Shown in pieces: positions 44,708 to 54,713 of a DNA stretch of 64,000 nucleotides (within the stretch, counting starts at the first letter, position 1; each line of letters begins with the position of its first letter). A program made the translations under genes and the position numbers. Below the pieces are notes generated by a model. It ran no database searches and was not told the DNA's origin. It saw only the letters and a list, made by a program, of their open reading frames with translations. The DNA is from a virus. The stretch spans positions 1 to 64,000 of the IMG/VR virus record IMGVR_UViG_3300043570_004127; one strand, 5' to 3'.

Positions 44708-46633
44708 CTATCGAACTGGGCAAGCACCCGTAGAGCAATTGTCGAGGTCAAGCATGTCTCCTGCAACAGTTTGCATTGGAGTGCTGAAGTCTATTTTGCT
44801 GTATAGACGATTGTACTCTGCCTCAGTGATTTCCTCATATGGGGGGAGTGGGAAGTTGTGGTCTGCATGGAGAAGGAACGACACTGACTTAACGCCCTTG
44901 TCGTAGTTCTTGGACAGCCATTCCTTGATGAGTTCAAGTTCTTCCTTGCGGTAATAGACGGTCACAGAGACGGCATTGTCAGCCCACTCTGTCTGCATCT
45001 TCTTGACCCACTCAAGCTGCTCCACTGCAGTCATGTTGGCAGCAAGGATTGCACCCGTAGGCGATTTGCAAGGGAACTCGACAACATAGCGAGTGTGGTC
45101 CTCGCGACCATCAATACCGATGTCCCAAACAACCTTGTAGCCACGCTTGCGGCATGCCTCAACTAGTGGGTCAGATGAGCCAAAGCGAACACGACGAATG
45201 TAATGCTGAGCAAATGCAGGGTGAATACCTGGGGTTACACCTGGAAGCAGTGAAAGAGTTCCTGATGGTTGAACGGTTGTCAAACGAACAGACTCAGGGA
45301 AACCGTGTTCTGCTGAGTAGTCCTTATCAAATCCGCGCAAGTATTCGTAGGTGACTGGCAACCACTTGAGTTGCTCTTCTGTGCACTGAAGAACACCCGT
45401 GATGCTTTGACCGAGTCGTGCGTTCTTCTTAACGATTTCTGTGGTCTTTTCGTACGAGTAGTCCATGCGTGTGATTTGCTTCTGTGTCATATAAAGCAGA
45501 CGCGAAATTGACATCATCTGCTTGAGCGACTCTACGTTTGGTAGGAACAGGGTTGCAAGGTTGCAAGACTCGCCATTGGCTAGTGCTATTTCTGCACATG
45601 GATTGAATCCTTCAATGGTGTTGTCCGGACGCTTATCGCCTAGGCGACCATAAGCACGAGACAGTTTGCGATTGACTAGACCATACGGCTCGCCTGTGCC
45701 GTCATAACCTCGCCATAGTTCTGGCATGATTTCATCGTAGGCATCTGCATAGATACTGTTGTTTGAGTTAGCACGCCATGCTGGAACACTACCCGTGGAC
45801 CAATTCTTGGCACGAATGAAAAGAACATCATCTGGGTCGCCAATAGCAATCTGTGCCGAACGACGCGACGAACCAGAAACAACGATGCGACCAATGATGT
45901 TGCAAATGTCAAGCACGTCAATTGAGCGGAGCTTCTTACCTTCACGATTCTGCATCACCTTTGAGATGTCTGCAATGCCATCGATGAGTGCGCCAGGTCC
46001 TGATGCTGTACCACCGAATGTCTTGAGTGGTGCACCATATTCGCGAATCAGAATTGTTGAATACGAAAAAGACTTACCCGTGTCGAAGTACGACTTTAAG
46101 ACTGCATGAAGAAGACGCTTCCAACCTTGACGTGAGTCAGGAACAATGATGTCTGCGTCATTGCTGCGTTCGTGCGTAATCGTTACACCTAACTTTACTT
46201 TAGGTAGGTCGTGAATCTTGGAGCGCTCTACAGAGAAACCAACGCCTCCACCGAGCATCAGGTATTCAAACAACAACTCGAAGTCTTCAATTTTTTCGAT
46301 GTTCGTGAAGTAGCAGTTATTGATTGATGAGCCGCTGAACTTGTTGACGAGCGGAGTTCCCAACTGCCAGAGTGCTCGACCAGAGAAAGAGCAGCGAAGG
46401 TTGAACATGTGGTCGAAGAGTTCTTCTGCATCCTCTTTTGTGTATGGAACGCCGATTGCTACTGCTCCATCAATCGCCCGTACGATGGTTTCAGGCCAGG
46501 TCTCGTTACGACCTAGTTCTGCGATGGAACGGCTGTAGGTACGAAGATAGACAACCTCTCCTAGGCCTCCAAAACCCCAAGGGGATACTTTTCCTGAGTA
46601 GCTTGCAATGAATTCGGGGGATAGCAATGACAT
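44708..46633 (-). CDS. nrdJ: Class II (adenosylcobalamin) ribonucleotide reductase
   Basis: RTYSR, NNC, GGGVG, RRSA, NPCAE...ESCNL, TTVQPSGT, C-terminal CSTGACPVR. Confidence 0.9.
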   Translation of the reverse strand: MSLLSPEFIASYSGKVSPWGFGGLGEVVYLRTYSRSIAELGRNETWPETIVRAIDGAVAIGVPYTKEDAEELFDHMFNLRCSFSGRALWQLGTPLVNKFSGSSINNCYFTNIEKIEDFELLFEYLMLGGGVGFSVERSKIHDLPKVKLGVTITHERSNDADIIVPDSRQGWKRLLHAVLKSYFDTGKSFSYSTILIREYGAPLKTFGGTASGPGALIDGIADISKVMQNREGKKLRSIDVLDICNIIGRIVVSGSSRRSAQIAIGDPDDVLFIRAKNWSTGSVPAWRANSNNSIYADAYDEIMPELWRGYDGTGEPYGLVNRKLSRAYGRLGDKRPDNTIEGFNPCAEIALANGESCNLATLFLPNVESLKQMMSISRLLYMTQKQITRMDYSYEKTTEIVKKNARLGQSITGVLQCTEEQLKWLPVTYEYLRGFDKDYSAEHGFPESVRLTTVQPSGTLSLLPGVTPGIHPAFAQHYIRRVRFGSSDPLVEACRKRGYKVVWDIGIDGREDHTRYVVEFPCKSPTGAILAANMTAVEQLEWVKKMQTEWADNAVSVTVYYRKEELELIKEWLSKNYDKGVKSVSFLLHADHNFPLPPYEEITEAEYNRLYSKIDFSTPMQTVAGDMLDLDNCSTGACPVR

Positions 46634-46698
46634 AATTATTCTTTCTTTGGTAGGAATGTGTAGGTGACTATATTAGCGTGGCTAAAAAAACGGTGTGT

Positions 46699-47007
46699 CT
46701 AGTTGATGCCAAGCTCAATTGCTTTCTCAACAGTTATATAAGTTCCCTTCTTGGCAAGTAGTACTTTGGACTTTGTGAACGGTGTTATTTGTCGCTCACC
46801 ATACACGGTTTCCTCGACCAGAACAAGTTGGTTTTCTTTCATTGTTTCGATTACTGAGGTACCGAACAAAATGACCGGGATATCCTTGTTTTCGTTGTCT
46901 TTACAGTCACCCGTGGCATGTCCACAGATTATGCAAGGTTCCCTATCTGCCTTGGATATTCGAATATCGCCATATATGTAATCTTGAGACCTAAAGATGT
47001 CTGACAT
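46699..47007 (-). CDS. Hypothetical protein
   Basis: CIICGHATGDC. Confidence 0.55.
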   Translation of the reverse strand: MSDIFRSQDYIYGDIRISKADREPCIICGHATGDCKDNENKDIPVILFGTSVIETMKENQLVLVEETVYGERQITPFTKSKVLLAKKGTYITVEKAIELGIN

Positions 47008-47061
47008 ATTGATATTCTACACCAGTTGTGATTATTACTTTACGGCTGTATGGTGATACCT

Positions 47062-47400
47062 ATGCCTACAGCAAGAACATCACCTGATTATTATCACATA
47101 GAGAAGCCAGGGGATTACCCTGAATTCAAACACTTGTCATTCATAAGACGAGGTGCCAATACAACTAAGTCAACGTTGTACTACATGAAGATGAAGAAGT
47201 CACCCGTAACGTCCAAGCAGCTTATGACGATGTTTCCTAAGTTCTATCGCAGACCATCAGATGCTGCGGATATTTGCGCAACCCTGGAAAAGCATGGGTT
47301 CGTTACAAAGGTCTATGACAACTGTTGGCAGATAACTCCATCTGGAGTTAGGGCTTGCTACACGCTGGGTAAGCGTGACTCAATCAACGTAATTAATTGA
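47062..47400 (+). CDS. wHTH-like protein
   Basis: TLEKHGFV...WQITPSG. Confidence 0.55.
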   Translation: MPTARTSPDYYHIEKPGDYPEFKHLSFIRRGANTTKSTLYYMKMKKSPVTSKQLMTMFPKFYRRPSDAADICATLEKHGFVTKVYDNCWQITPSGVRACYTLGKRDSINVIN

Positions 47401-47637
47401 TTAGCGTCTGAACCAGTTGAGCACTTTGTCGCGAAGCTTTAGATTCTGAATCTCAGAAACGTAGATAACTGCGCTTGAGTTGTTAGCTTCGGGCTTGATG
47501 ATGTTCGTCTCTGTCGTTGACTTAATTGAGAGAGCCTTCTTTGGTGCAGCAGCTTTCTTTGCAGGTGCCTTCTTGGCAACGGCTTTCTTTGCTGTTTTCT
47601 TGGCTGCTGTTTTCTTGGTTGGTTTCTTTGTTGTCAT
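47401..47637 (-). CDS. Lys/Ala-rich histone-like protein
   Basis: KKTAAKKTAKKAVAKKAPAKKAAAPKK. Confidence 0.65.
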   Translation of the reverse strand: MTTKKPTKKTAAKKTAKKAVAKKAPAKKAAAPKKALSIKSTTETNIIKPEANNSSAVIYVSEIQNLKLRDKVLNWFRR

Positions 47638-47690
47638 GTAGATGACGTTAGTTCACCCGTGGCTCTTCTTGGCGGAACTATGGGGTAGCG

Positions 47691-48326
47691 TTGTGTGTGG
47701 AGTTATCATATTTCGAAGAAAGACTTGACAAGATAAGTCTTGGTCTGATGTCAAGCGTCGAAGCCAAAGAGCAGTCTGTCAAAGAGTTTGGCATTGGGGA
47801 GGACATCTCAATGAACCTGTTCTGCTGGAATGGACCTGTCCTTAAGCTTATGCTCCAGACAAAGCCGGACCTTCAGTTATCTAACCACGTAGAAAGGTTC
47901 GATGCTTTCACGAACGTAGCCTGCATTATACGCAGGGGATGGGGAATCACAGCATTTACGATGGTCTCAGAGGGATGGGTAAGTACTGACCCTATGGCCA
48001 CCAAGGGTAGACGACTAGTAGATGCATACCTAGATAAAGACTCTCCTGTAAAGGAGTGCATTACTGTATGTCACGTAGAGGACGGCACTGTCACGTTTGT
48101 TACTAGACCATACACATACGGTGTACCAAGAACTGTTGTGTGGGAGGATGAGATATACCATCCTGGCAAGACACTCTTACGTGGACAGGAAGGCATGTAC
48201 CCCAACATGTTTAATAGGGTGCTCACAACTATCGATGCAGAGCCGATACCTCAGGACACAGAAGAGTTCTACGATGTGCTGAGTCACGGGATACTGCAGG
48301 CTGGCTTCTACTGTCAGGTGTTTTAA
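47691..48326 (+). CDS. Hypothetical protein
   Basis: 211-aa ORF. Confidence 0.6.
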   Translation: MCVELSYFEERLDKISLGLMSSVEAKEQSVKEFGIGEDISMNLFCWNGPVLKLMLQTKPDLQLSNHVERFDAFTNVACIIRRGWGITAFTMVSEGWVSTDPMATKGRRLVDAYLDKDSPVKECITVCHVEDGTVTFVTRPYTYGVPRTVVWEDEIYHPGKTLLRGQEGMYPNMFNRVLTTIDAEPIPQDTEEFYDVLSHGILQAGFYCQVF

Positions 48327-48338
48327 TGGCACCCGTAG

Positions 48339-48566
48339 CTAGTTGGTGTAACCACGTGTCTGCCAACGAAGGCCAAGAGAACGACGGTACTCATTAGCCT
48401 CTAGCTTGAGTGTGCGCTCAGGCTCAGGCAGCAGCATGTAGGACTCTATGCGTTGCCTGTTCTTGCGCTCACGCTCATACTCTCTACGATGCTTGCGCTT
48501 GGCAGCAGTGTTCTCACGATTCTCGCGCTGCCACTCTCTCTGCTTCACTGGGTCCTTGTATGGCAT
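48339..48566 (-). CDS. Basic hypothetical protein (MPYKD-type N-terminus)
   Basis: Arg/Glu-rich helix. Confidence 0.5.
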   Translation of the reverse strand: MPYKDPVKQREWQRENRENTAAKRKHRREYERERKNRQRIESYMLLPEPERTLKLEANEYRRSLGLRWQTRGYTN

Positions 48567-48610
48567 ACGTCAATCCTATCTACCCGTGGCACCCGTGGCA
48601 ACGTGGGCAA

Positions 48611-49081
48611 TCAGTAAATAGTTTTTCTTTTGTATGAGTAAAAGAACTTAGGGTCAATACGTTTGTCATCCTTAGAGAACCAATGCTTCTCAATGATTGC
48701 ATCCACATGTATAGGGCCATAGTGTTCATACGACTGAAGGAACTGAGGGAGCATCCCTGATATCGATTGAGACTTATCATGCATGTTCATCGATATGTCT
48801 CGGTCATTAAGCATGGATGCCTTGACACCTACGACAAGTATTGATTCGAAATCTTCGGTAACAAGTAAGTCGTTCGGTACTTTTGCTACATGTGGGTCAT
48901 CGACATAGCGAGTGCCAAGTATGCGAGAGCAACCAAACATATTGATGAAACCAGCAGCATGAGCAGGGATAGTACACAGTGAGACATGACCACTTACACC
49001 TGGAAGTAAGCCTGATTCCTCAATGGAATCTTCTACATCTGGATAAGTAGCATGATAGAGAACTTCAGTGATGGTAATCAT
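48611..49081 (-). CDS. Possible ART-fold (KptA/Tpt1-like) protein
   Basis: LYHAT...SIEESGLLP...HVSL; YEHYGPI...I. Confidence 0.5.
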   Translation of the reverse strand: MITITEVLYHATYPDVEDSIEESGLLPGVSGHVSLCTIPAHAAGFINMFGCSRILGTRYVDDPHVAKVPNDLLVTEDFESILVVGVKASMLNDRDISMNMHDKSQSISGMLPQFLQSYEHYGPIHVDAIIEKHWFSKDDKRIDPKFFYSYKRKTIY

Positions 49082-49368
49082 GGATGTATTGAGTATAGAT
49101 AGTTGCAATCGAAACTACAACTACGTTTCAACGCAACACAACAGGGATTAAGGATGGACGCTCTTGCTTGACTCAGCGATGGCATAGGGGTTATCTTTCA
49201 GTACATATAACCGCATCCAGGAGAGAGAGTGGGTCAAATCAGAATCACTTCTATCGGGACTATCTTAAACTTTTTGGAATGGCGGTGTGTGTGTGTGGGA
49301 GCGTGCGACAAATTTTCTGGTCGGCCGTATTCAACTAGATTTATCCAAAGTGGTGGTAGAATTCGGCT

Positions 49369-49728
49369 ATGGACATTAACGACATCCAGCACATTGTGGA
49401 CCGCATTCATCCTGGTTACACCAAGCGCATTGAGTGTTCTGAGGGTTGGTATGAGCTTATTTTTGATTGTGACCGTGAGCTTGCTGCTATTGACCCTGAT
49501 TACACGATATATCAGGTCAAGCAGAAGTTTGGTTCTTTGCGTTTCTATTTTGATTCTGTGGATGAGGCTAAGAAGGCGCAGATGTCTGATGTTGTTCGTG
49601 AGTATGAGCTTAAGTCGCTTCGTATTTGTGAGTTGACTGGTAGGCCTGGGGTCATCATGAAGAAGGGCCTTTGGTATAAGACGCTCTCTCCTGAACTGGG
49701 CGATGCTTCTGGCTATTTGCTTGCTTAG
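49369..49728 (+). CDS. Conserved phage hypothetical protein
   Basis: GWYELI...QVKQKFGSLRFY...S.RICE..G.PG. Confidence 0.75.
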   Translation: MDINDIQHIVDRIHPGYTKRIECSEGWYELIFDCDRELAAIDPDYTIYQVKQKFGSLRFYFDSVDEAKKAQMSDVVREYELKSLRICELTGRPGVIMKKGLWYKTLSPELGDASGYLLA

Positions 49729-49773
49729 GTTTTGCTGCCTGTAGTTTTTGTTTTACCTGTATAGAATGTCGCT

Positions 49774-50022
49774 ATGGGTCTTTTTCGTTCGTCTTCTTCT
49801 TTTCGTGAGCAGCAGCTTCATTCGGATATTATCCGTATTCGTCGTGAGCTCATAGAGGAACGCGGCATTTCCGACATGTTGTATGGGGTTATTATTGCTG
49901 ACCCTTGTGAATGTGATGTTCCAGAGGACAACAGCACGTATGGCCCCCTGCTCTATGAAGCGTTGAGCGCCTATCATAGGAATCGTCATAGGCCTATTAC
50001 TGGTCGTATGGAAGGTAATTGA
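49774..50022 (+). CDS. Hypothetical protein
   Basis: 82-aa ORF with the same codon bias as its neighbour. Confidence 0.5.
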   Translation: MGLFRSSSSFREQQLHSDIIRIRRELIEERGISDMLYGVIIADPCECDVPEDNSTYGPLLYEALSAYHRNRHRPITGRMEGN

Positions 50023-50434
50023 TAGTTCCTAGTATTCCGGAACTTGGATTGAGTTAAAAGGGCGGCTCGTTTTTTAGTCTCGTGAACCTGGCGTTCGTGG
50101 GGCAACGCTCCAGGCGTATTGGACTTTTTTCTTGACTGTTTTGTAGTCTGCTAGGTCATCGTCGTGGATGAGGCTTGGTTCCATTGAGTTGATGCAGTGT
50201 ATGAGCGTTTCGTATTGATTTTCGGTTACGACGATTGTAAGTATTTTGCTCATAATTTACTATCTGCCTGTTTCTGGATTAATTTATCTAAATCGTCGTT
50301 TGTAAAAAAAATTTCTTTTACCTCTATCGGAACGGTGTTTTTATGCATGATGCAGCGTTCCGATTCCCCGAACATTGCCAGTACCGTTTTGATATTTATA
50401 TTGATGTTCCCGGATTTCATATAGATTTATCCGA

Positions 50435-50704
50435 TTAAATTTCTGGTTTGTCTGATGCCTTGAGGAGTAACTCACGCAATGAATACGACAGGGTGTTGTT
50501 TGTTTCGAACGAATCCCACAGGACGCGGTTGTCGTGTTGGCCTTCTCCTGCGTCTTTTTTGTTGATTGCGTTGATGGCCAGTTCTGCCATTCCTTCGTGA
50601 TAGAGGAACGAATCTACGACCAGTTCCATCAGGCCTTTGGCATCAATGTCGGTGAATGATATTCCCAGGTTTTTACGTAATAATTCGTCGTTGCTTTCAG
50701 CCAT
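50435..50704 (-). CDS. Hypothetical protein
   Basis: 89-aa ORF with SD. Confidence 0.55.
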   Translation of the reverse strand: MAESNDELLRKNLGISFTDIDAKGLMELVVDSFLYHEGMAELAINAINKKDAGEGQHDNRVLWDSFETNNTLSYSLRELLLKASDKPEI

Positions 50705-50706
50705 TG

Positions 50707-51174
50707 CTATTCCCCTTTTGGTTCGTCGTAAATTGGATTGGTGAGTAAGTCTATGACTTCGTTTGGCATGATGAGGAACCCTCGTGCTGGATTGTCACCA
50801 GCGGCGCCCAGCGACCGTTTGGTGTTCTCATTGTATTTGTATGGGTGTTTACGTAGAAAGCGCTTTAAACGGTCTACATTGACTGCTATGAAGCCTCCAT
50901 CGAGCGTGAATACATACACCCACCATGTGGCTTTTGTCACGTTGATTCCGCTGAGTTGCCAAATTGGCTTTCCTTCTGCGTCTGTGCGCCGATATGGGTT
51001 TTGTTCTGTCTCGATGACCATCCGTCCGTTGCGGTAGCGGTCTGTCTTGACTTCGAATGATGAGTCGTTGAGGCTTTGGAGGAACCCTCGTATTAGGTCT
51101 TCTCCTTGGTGGCCGTACGCCAAATCCTGGTCGAAGTTAATCTTCTGGGGTGCAATATCAAAGTCGGAACTCAT
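50707..51174 (-). CDS. PD-(D/E)xK nuclease-like protein
   Basis: FDQDLAYG..GE, FEVKTD, G.MVIE, SGINVTKATWW. Confidence 0.65.
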   Translation of the reverse strand: MSSDFDIAPQKINFDQDLAYGHQGEDLIRGFLQSLNDSSFEVKTDRYRNGRMVIETEQNPYRRTDAEGKPIWQLSGINVTKATWWVYVFTLDGGFIAVNVDRLKRFLRKHPYKYNENTKRSLGAAGDNPARGFLIMPNEVIDLLTNPIYDEPKGE

Positions 51175-51300
51175 ATGCGGATAAATTTATCTGATGTGCG
51201 GGCAAATGTCAACCCCCTAAAAAATAATTTAAATGTTGCTATTTTCGTAATTAGGTACTACGGTGTGAGCAACTAAGTAACTAACAGCTATCTCGAAAGG

Positions 51301-51564
51301 ATGCTTATGCCTAAGAAAGTTAATAAAGAGCAGTCCCCATACGAACTGATGAAACAGTCAGGAAAAGTCAGTCGTGGACGCCGCAAAGTCCAGTTGAACG
51401 CGCAAGAGGCTATTGAGCGCGAAGAGCGCAACCGTGAAAAGAACCGTCAACGCCAAGAAGCACGTCGCCGTGCGCACATGGTTCTTGAAATGAAGCACAA
51501 AGCAGAGTTCGACGATTTGTATCGTTCTGAACTGGACGCTGTTTCTGCAGAGCGTGGTCAATAA
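51301..51564 (+). CDS. Basic helical hypothetical protein
   Basis: RGRR and ARRRA...L...H..EF..LY. Confidence 0.6.
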   Translation: MLMPKKVNKEQSPYELMKQSGKVSRGRRKVQLNAQEAIEREERNREKNRQRQEARRRAHMVLEMKHKAEFDDLYRSELDAVSAERGQ

Positions 51565-51885
51565 TGAAGAACTTCCGAATTTGGTTCTTTTCAATTTTGC
51601 CCATCCGGTTTGTTTCCAATTTGCGTCACCGCTGCGAGAACTGGCAAACCTACCTAGGCGAAAAAGGTGGGCGCGTGCTTTTCTGTGGCGTGTGTGGAAA
51701 GATTTTGGACCAAGAATGGAATAAATAGACTGGAAATTCATGAATAGATTTATTCGATGTGCAGCAGATACAAAGAGTGGAACTCAGTGCAAGTCTGGAG
51801 CAATGCCACTAACACCTTTTTGCGGAATACATCAAGACTCCGTACACCCTCACGTTAAAAAATTAGAAGAAGAAGCGCGTAAAAA

Positions 51886-51961
<76 letters not shown>

Positions 51962-51980
51962 CAACATCAAAGGAGCAAAC

Positions 51981-52160
51981 ATGGTAGACAACGTAGAAAA
52001 ACAAATAGCGATGCTAGAAATAACAATTGCAGAATTGACCCTTTGGGTAATGAAATTAACTGGTTGGGATTATCTAGAGCCTGTTGCAGACGGTCTTCCC
52101 GATAAACTTCATGAGTATTTCTGGCGTGGAATGAAACGCGAATATGGGAATCTTGACTAG
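51981..52160 (+). CDS. 59-aa hypothetical protein (absent from the ORF track)
   Basis: SD AAGGAG; MVDNVEKQIAMLE...EYGNLD. Confidence 0.6.
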   Translation: MVDNVEKQIAMLEITIAELTLWVMKLTGWDYLEPVADGLPDKLHEYFWRGMKREYGNLD

Positions 52161-52198
52161 AAGCAGTTGTCGCCACCCGGGCCCACTATCATTAGCCA

Positions 52199-53632
52199 AT
52201 GGTCATTTACGGCATAAACGCCTGTTCTCATGACGCATCAATTTCGGTTATCGAAAATGGCGAGATTCTTTTTGCTGCGCATTCCGAAAGGTATAGCAAA
52301 GTGAAGAACGACTGGCATCTAAACGATGAGATAATCGAGGCTGCTCTTGAATATGGCAAGCCAGATGTTATTGGGTACTACGAAAAACCGTGGCTGAAGA
52401 AAGCGCGAATAGGTCTTTTCGGAGGTTATGGGTCTTCGTATTCTGCCGTTAAAAGATGTTTCCCAGATTCAAAGATTGTCAACTTCAAACATCATTACTC
52501 TCACGCGTGCGCGGGCTACTACACAAGCAGTTTTAACGATGCGGTAATTATTGTTCTTGATGCTATTGGCGAATTCGAGACAACCAGTATTTGGACTGGT
52601 GACGGAGAAACCGTAAGACAGGTCTATTCTCATAATTACCCATTTAGTTTTGGACTTTTCTATTCTGCTTTTACCGAATATATCGGGCTAAAACCAAACG
52701 AAGAAGAGTACATAATGATGGGTATGGCCGCATATGGCGACCCAGAAATATACTTCTCTGAAATTGACGCTCTATTCCCTTCGATAAATAAACAAACAGA
52801 ACTTTTTCATTACGGAGTTGGCGGTTTTTCCGTAACACCCACAGAGCAGAATAAATTTCATATTGCGGCAGCTGTTCAATCTGTGTATGAAAAAAGACTT
52901 ATTGAATTCATGATTTTTGCCAAGCAGAAGACTGGAAAAGAAAACCTAGTATTCATGGGTGGATGTGCCCTTAATTGTTCCGCAAATACGAAGTTATTCA
53001 ATATCTACAATCAGGTATGGATAATGCCAAACCCAGGGGATGCAGGAAGTAGTCTCGGAGCTGCGGCAGCTGTGTACGGTCAACACCTTGATTGGGACGG
53101 CCCATATCTTGGGGAAAATATTGGAGGGAAATACCCAGTCGACTCGGTATTCGCCGAGCTTGTCGAGAAAAAGATTGCCGCAGTTGCAAACGGCAGGGCG
53201 GAATACGGCCCAAGGGCTTTAGGCAATAGAAGCATCCTTGCTGACCCAAGAGACCCTTTATGCAAGGACCTGGTAAACACAGTAAAGGAAAGGGAGATGT
53301 TCAGACCATTTGCCCCTGTTGTCATGGAAGAGCATGCTTCGGATTGGTTTGAAATTGACCGTCCAAGTCCATACATGCAGTATGCAGTTAGATGTAAGAA
53401 ACCAGAACTCATTCCATCGGTTGTTCATAAAGACGGAACATCTAGAGTTCAAACCGTCAACGTGAGACAAAACCCAGGCCTTTATGGGCTTTTGAAAAAG
53501 TGGAACGAATACTCAGGGGTGCCAATTCTCCTTAATACAAGCCTGAACATAAAGGGTCAGCCGTTATTGAACGACATGAAAGATGTCCAAAAATGGAATG
53601 CCTTACACAGTCTGGTCAAAATCTGCATATAG
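52199..53632 (+). CDS. Carbamoyltransferase (NodU/CmcH/TobZ family)
   Basis: SHDAS, ERYS..KND, HHYSHA, DAIGE, GGCALN, GPRALGNRS, RPFAP, DGTSRVQ, LNTSLN. Confidence 0.92.
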   Translation: MVIYGINACSHDASISVIENGEILFAAHSERYSKVKNDWHLNDEIIEAALEYGKPDVIGYYEKPWLKKARIGLFGGYGSSYSAVKRCFPDSKIVNFKHHYSHACAGYYTSSFNDAVIIVLDAIGEFETTSIWTGDGETVRQVYSHNYPFSFGLFYSAFTEYIGLKPNEEEYIMMGMAAYGDPEIYFSEIDALFPSINKQTELFHYGVGGFSVTPTEQNKFHIAAAVQSVYEKRLIEFMIFAKQKTGKENLVFMGGCALNCSANTKLFNIYNQVWIMPNPGDAGSSLGAAAAVYGQHLDWDGPYLGENIGGKYPVDSVFAELVEKKIAAVANGRAEYGPRALGNRSILADPRDPLCKDLVNTVKEREMFRPFAPVVMEEHASDWFEIDRPSPYMQYAVRCKKPELIPSVVHKDGTSRVQTVNVRQNPGLYGLLKKWNEYSGVPILLNTSLNIKGQPLLNDMKDVQKWNALHSLVKICI

Positions 53633-53641
53633 GATGTAGTT

Positions 53642-53722
53642 ATGAACATTAGAAAATTCCGCAAGTTTGTTCGCGTTTCGTGGCGAAGAGTCTTCGGTAA
53701 AAAGTCCCCGTATACCTATTAG
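53642..53722 (+). CDS. 26-aa basic peptide after the carbamoyltransferase
   Basis: MNIRKFRKFVRVSWRRVFGKKSPYTY; resembles the small ...PFIY peptides that accompany carbamoyltransferases. Confidence 0.45.
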   Translation: MNIRKFRKFVRVSWRRVFGKKSPYTY

Positions 53723-53731
53723 GGAATATTC

Positions 53732-54700
53732 ATGAATTCTGAGAACGCCTTAAGTTCGAAACCTTGGGAGAGAGCCGGATTCAAGCATCTCTCATTTGAG
53801 GCATGTGCCTCGCCATATATTTCCTATGCAGTGAACATAGGAAGTGAGTATGCAGCGCCAGAACTGCTTAGTTACTCTTTTAACTCATACAACTTCCGGT
53901 CGGATGAATTCCACGAAGATACAAATATTTTAGCCCTCGGATGTTCCCATACTCTCGGAATTGGTGTCCCAGAACACCTTACATGGCCGTTTTTTGTTAA
54001 GGAGTTAACGGGTATTGATGATGTTGTAAATCTTGGAAAGACAGGAGCATCAATAGACGAGCAGGTGATGTATTTGACCACCTACATACGCACTTACGGT
54101 GCACCCAAAATGGTTCTATGCAACTTCCCTGAGATTCTCAGGTATAAACACGTAACAGAATCTGGAGAGATAGTTGAAGGTAGCGCATACAGTGGAATGA
54201 CGGACAACTCGTACACAAAAGAGCAAGCAGCAACCCAATCAATCTTGGCACTTGCCACACTTGAAGCAATCTGCATTGCAAGTGGTATCACTCTGCGTTG
54301 GCAAACCTGGTCTGGCCACGAGAGTGAAGGGTATATTGAGTACAAATTTTCAGAGAACTTTAAGTACTACGTACCAAATAAATTTACCGAGAGATATTTT
54401 TCGTTGCACGAACCATATGTGGACGCGGATACAAATGAAGTGCTGGGAAGAAACGCATTAGGAGAAATACCCGAAGAGTGCTGTAATGATTTAAAGAAAA
54501 GGTCTAACGGCTGTTTCAACTATGGCCACGACAGGTATTCGGTTCCAAAAAAGTATCAAAAAGAAAACCTAATAATCGAACAAAAACTACGAGATGAATT
54601 AAAGGAATCTTCTTTCTGTTTTCAGTACGGGAAGTCAATTGCTCACCTCGGTTCCCATGCTCATTGGCATTGGGCAAAAAACTTGGTCGACTCACTGTGA
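53732..54700 (+). CDS. SGNH hydrolase-like protein
   Basis: NSYNFRS, GCSHT.G.G, VNLG..GAS, C-terminal HLG..AH. Confidence 0.7.
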   Translation: MNSENALSSKPWERAGFKHLSFEACASPYISYAVNIGSEYAAPELLSYSFNSYNFRSDEFHEDTNILALGCSHTLGIGVPEHLTWPFFVKELTGIDDVVNLGKTGASIDEQVMYLTTYIRTYGAPKMVLCNFPEILRYKHVTESGEIVEGSAYSGMTDNSYTKEQAATQSILALATLEAICIASGITLRWQTWSGHESEGYIEYKFSENFKYYVPNKFTERYFSLHEPYVDADTNEVLGRNALGEIPEECCNDLKKRSNGCFNYGHDRYSVPKKYQKENLIIEQKLRDELKESSFCFQYGKSIAHLGSHAHWHWAKNLVDSL

Positions 54701-54713
54701 GGAGTGGTAATTT

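Noticed and set aside
44708-46633. Intein or intron in RNR, helicases or capsid
   Set aside because: Lengths and motif spacing look normal; no intein or homing-endonuclease motifs noticed.
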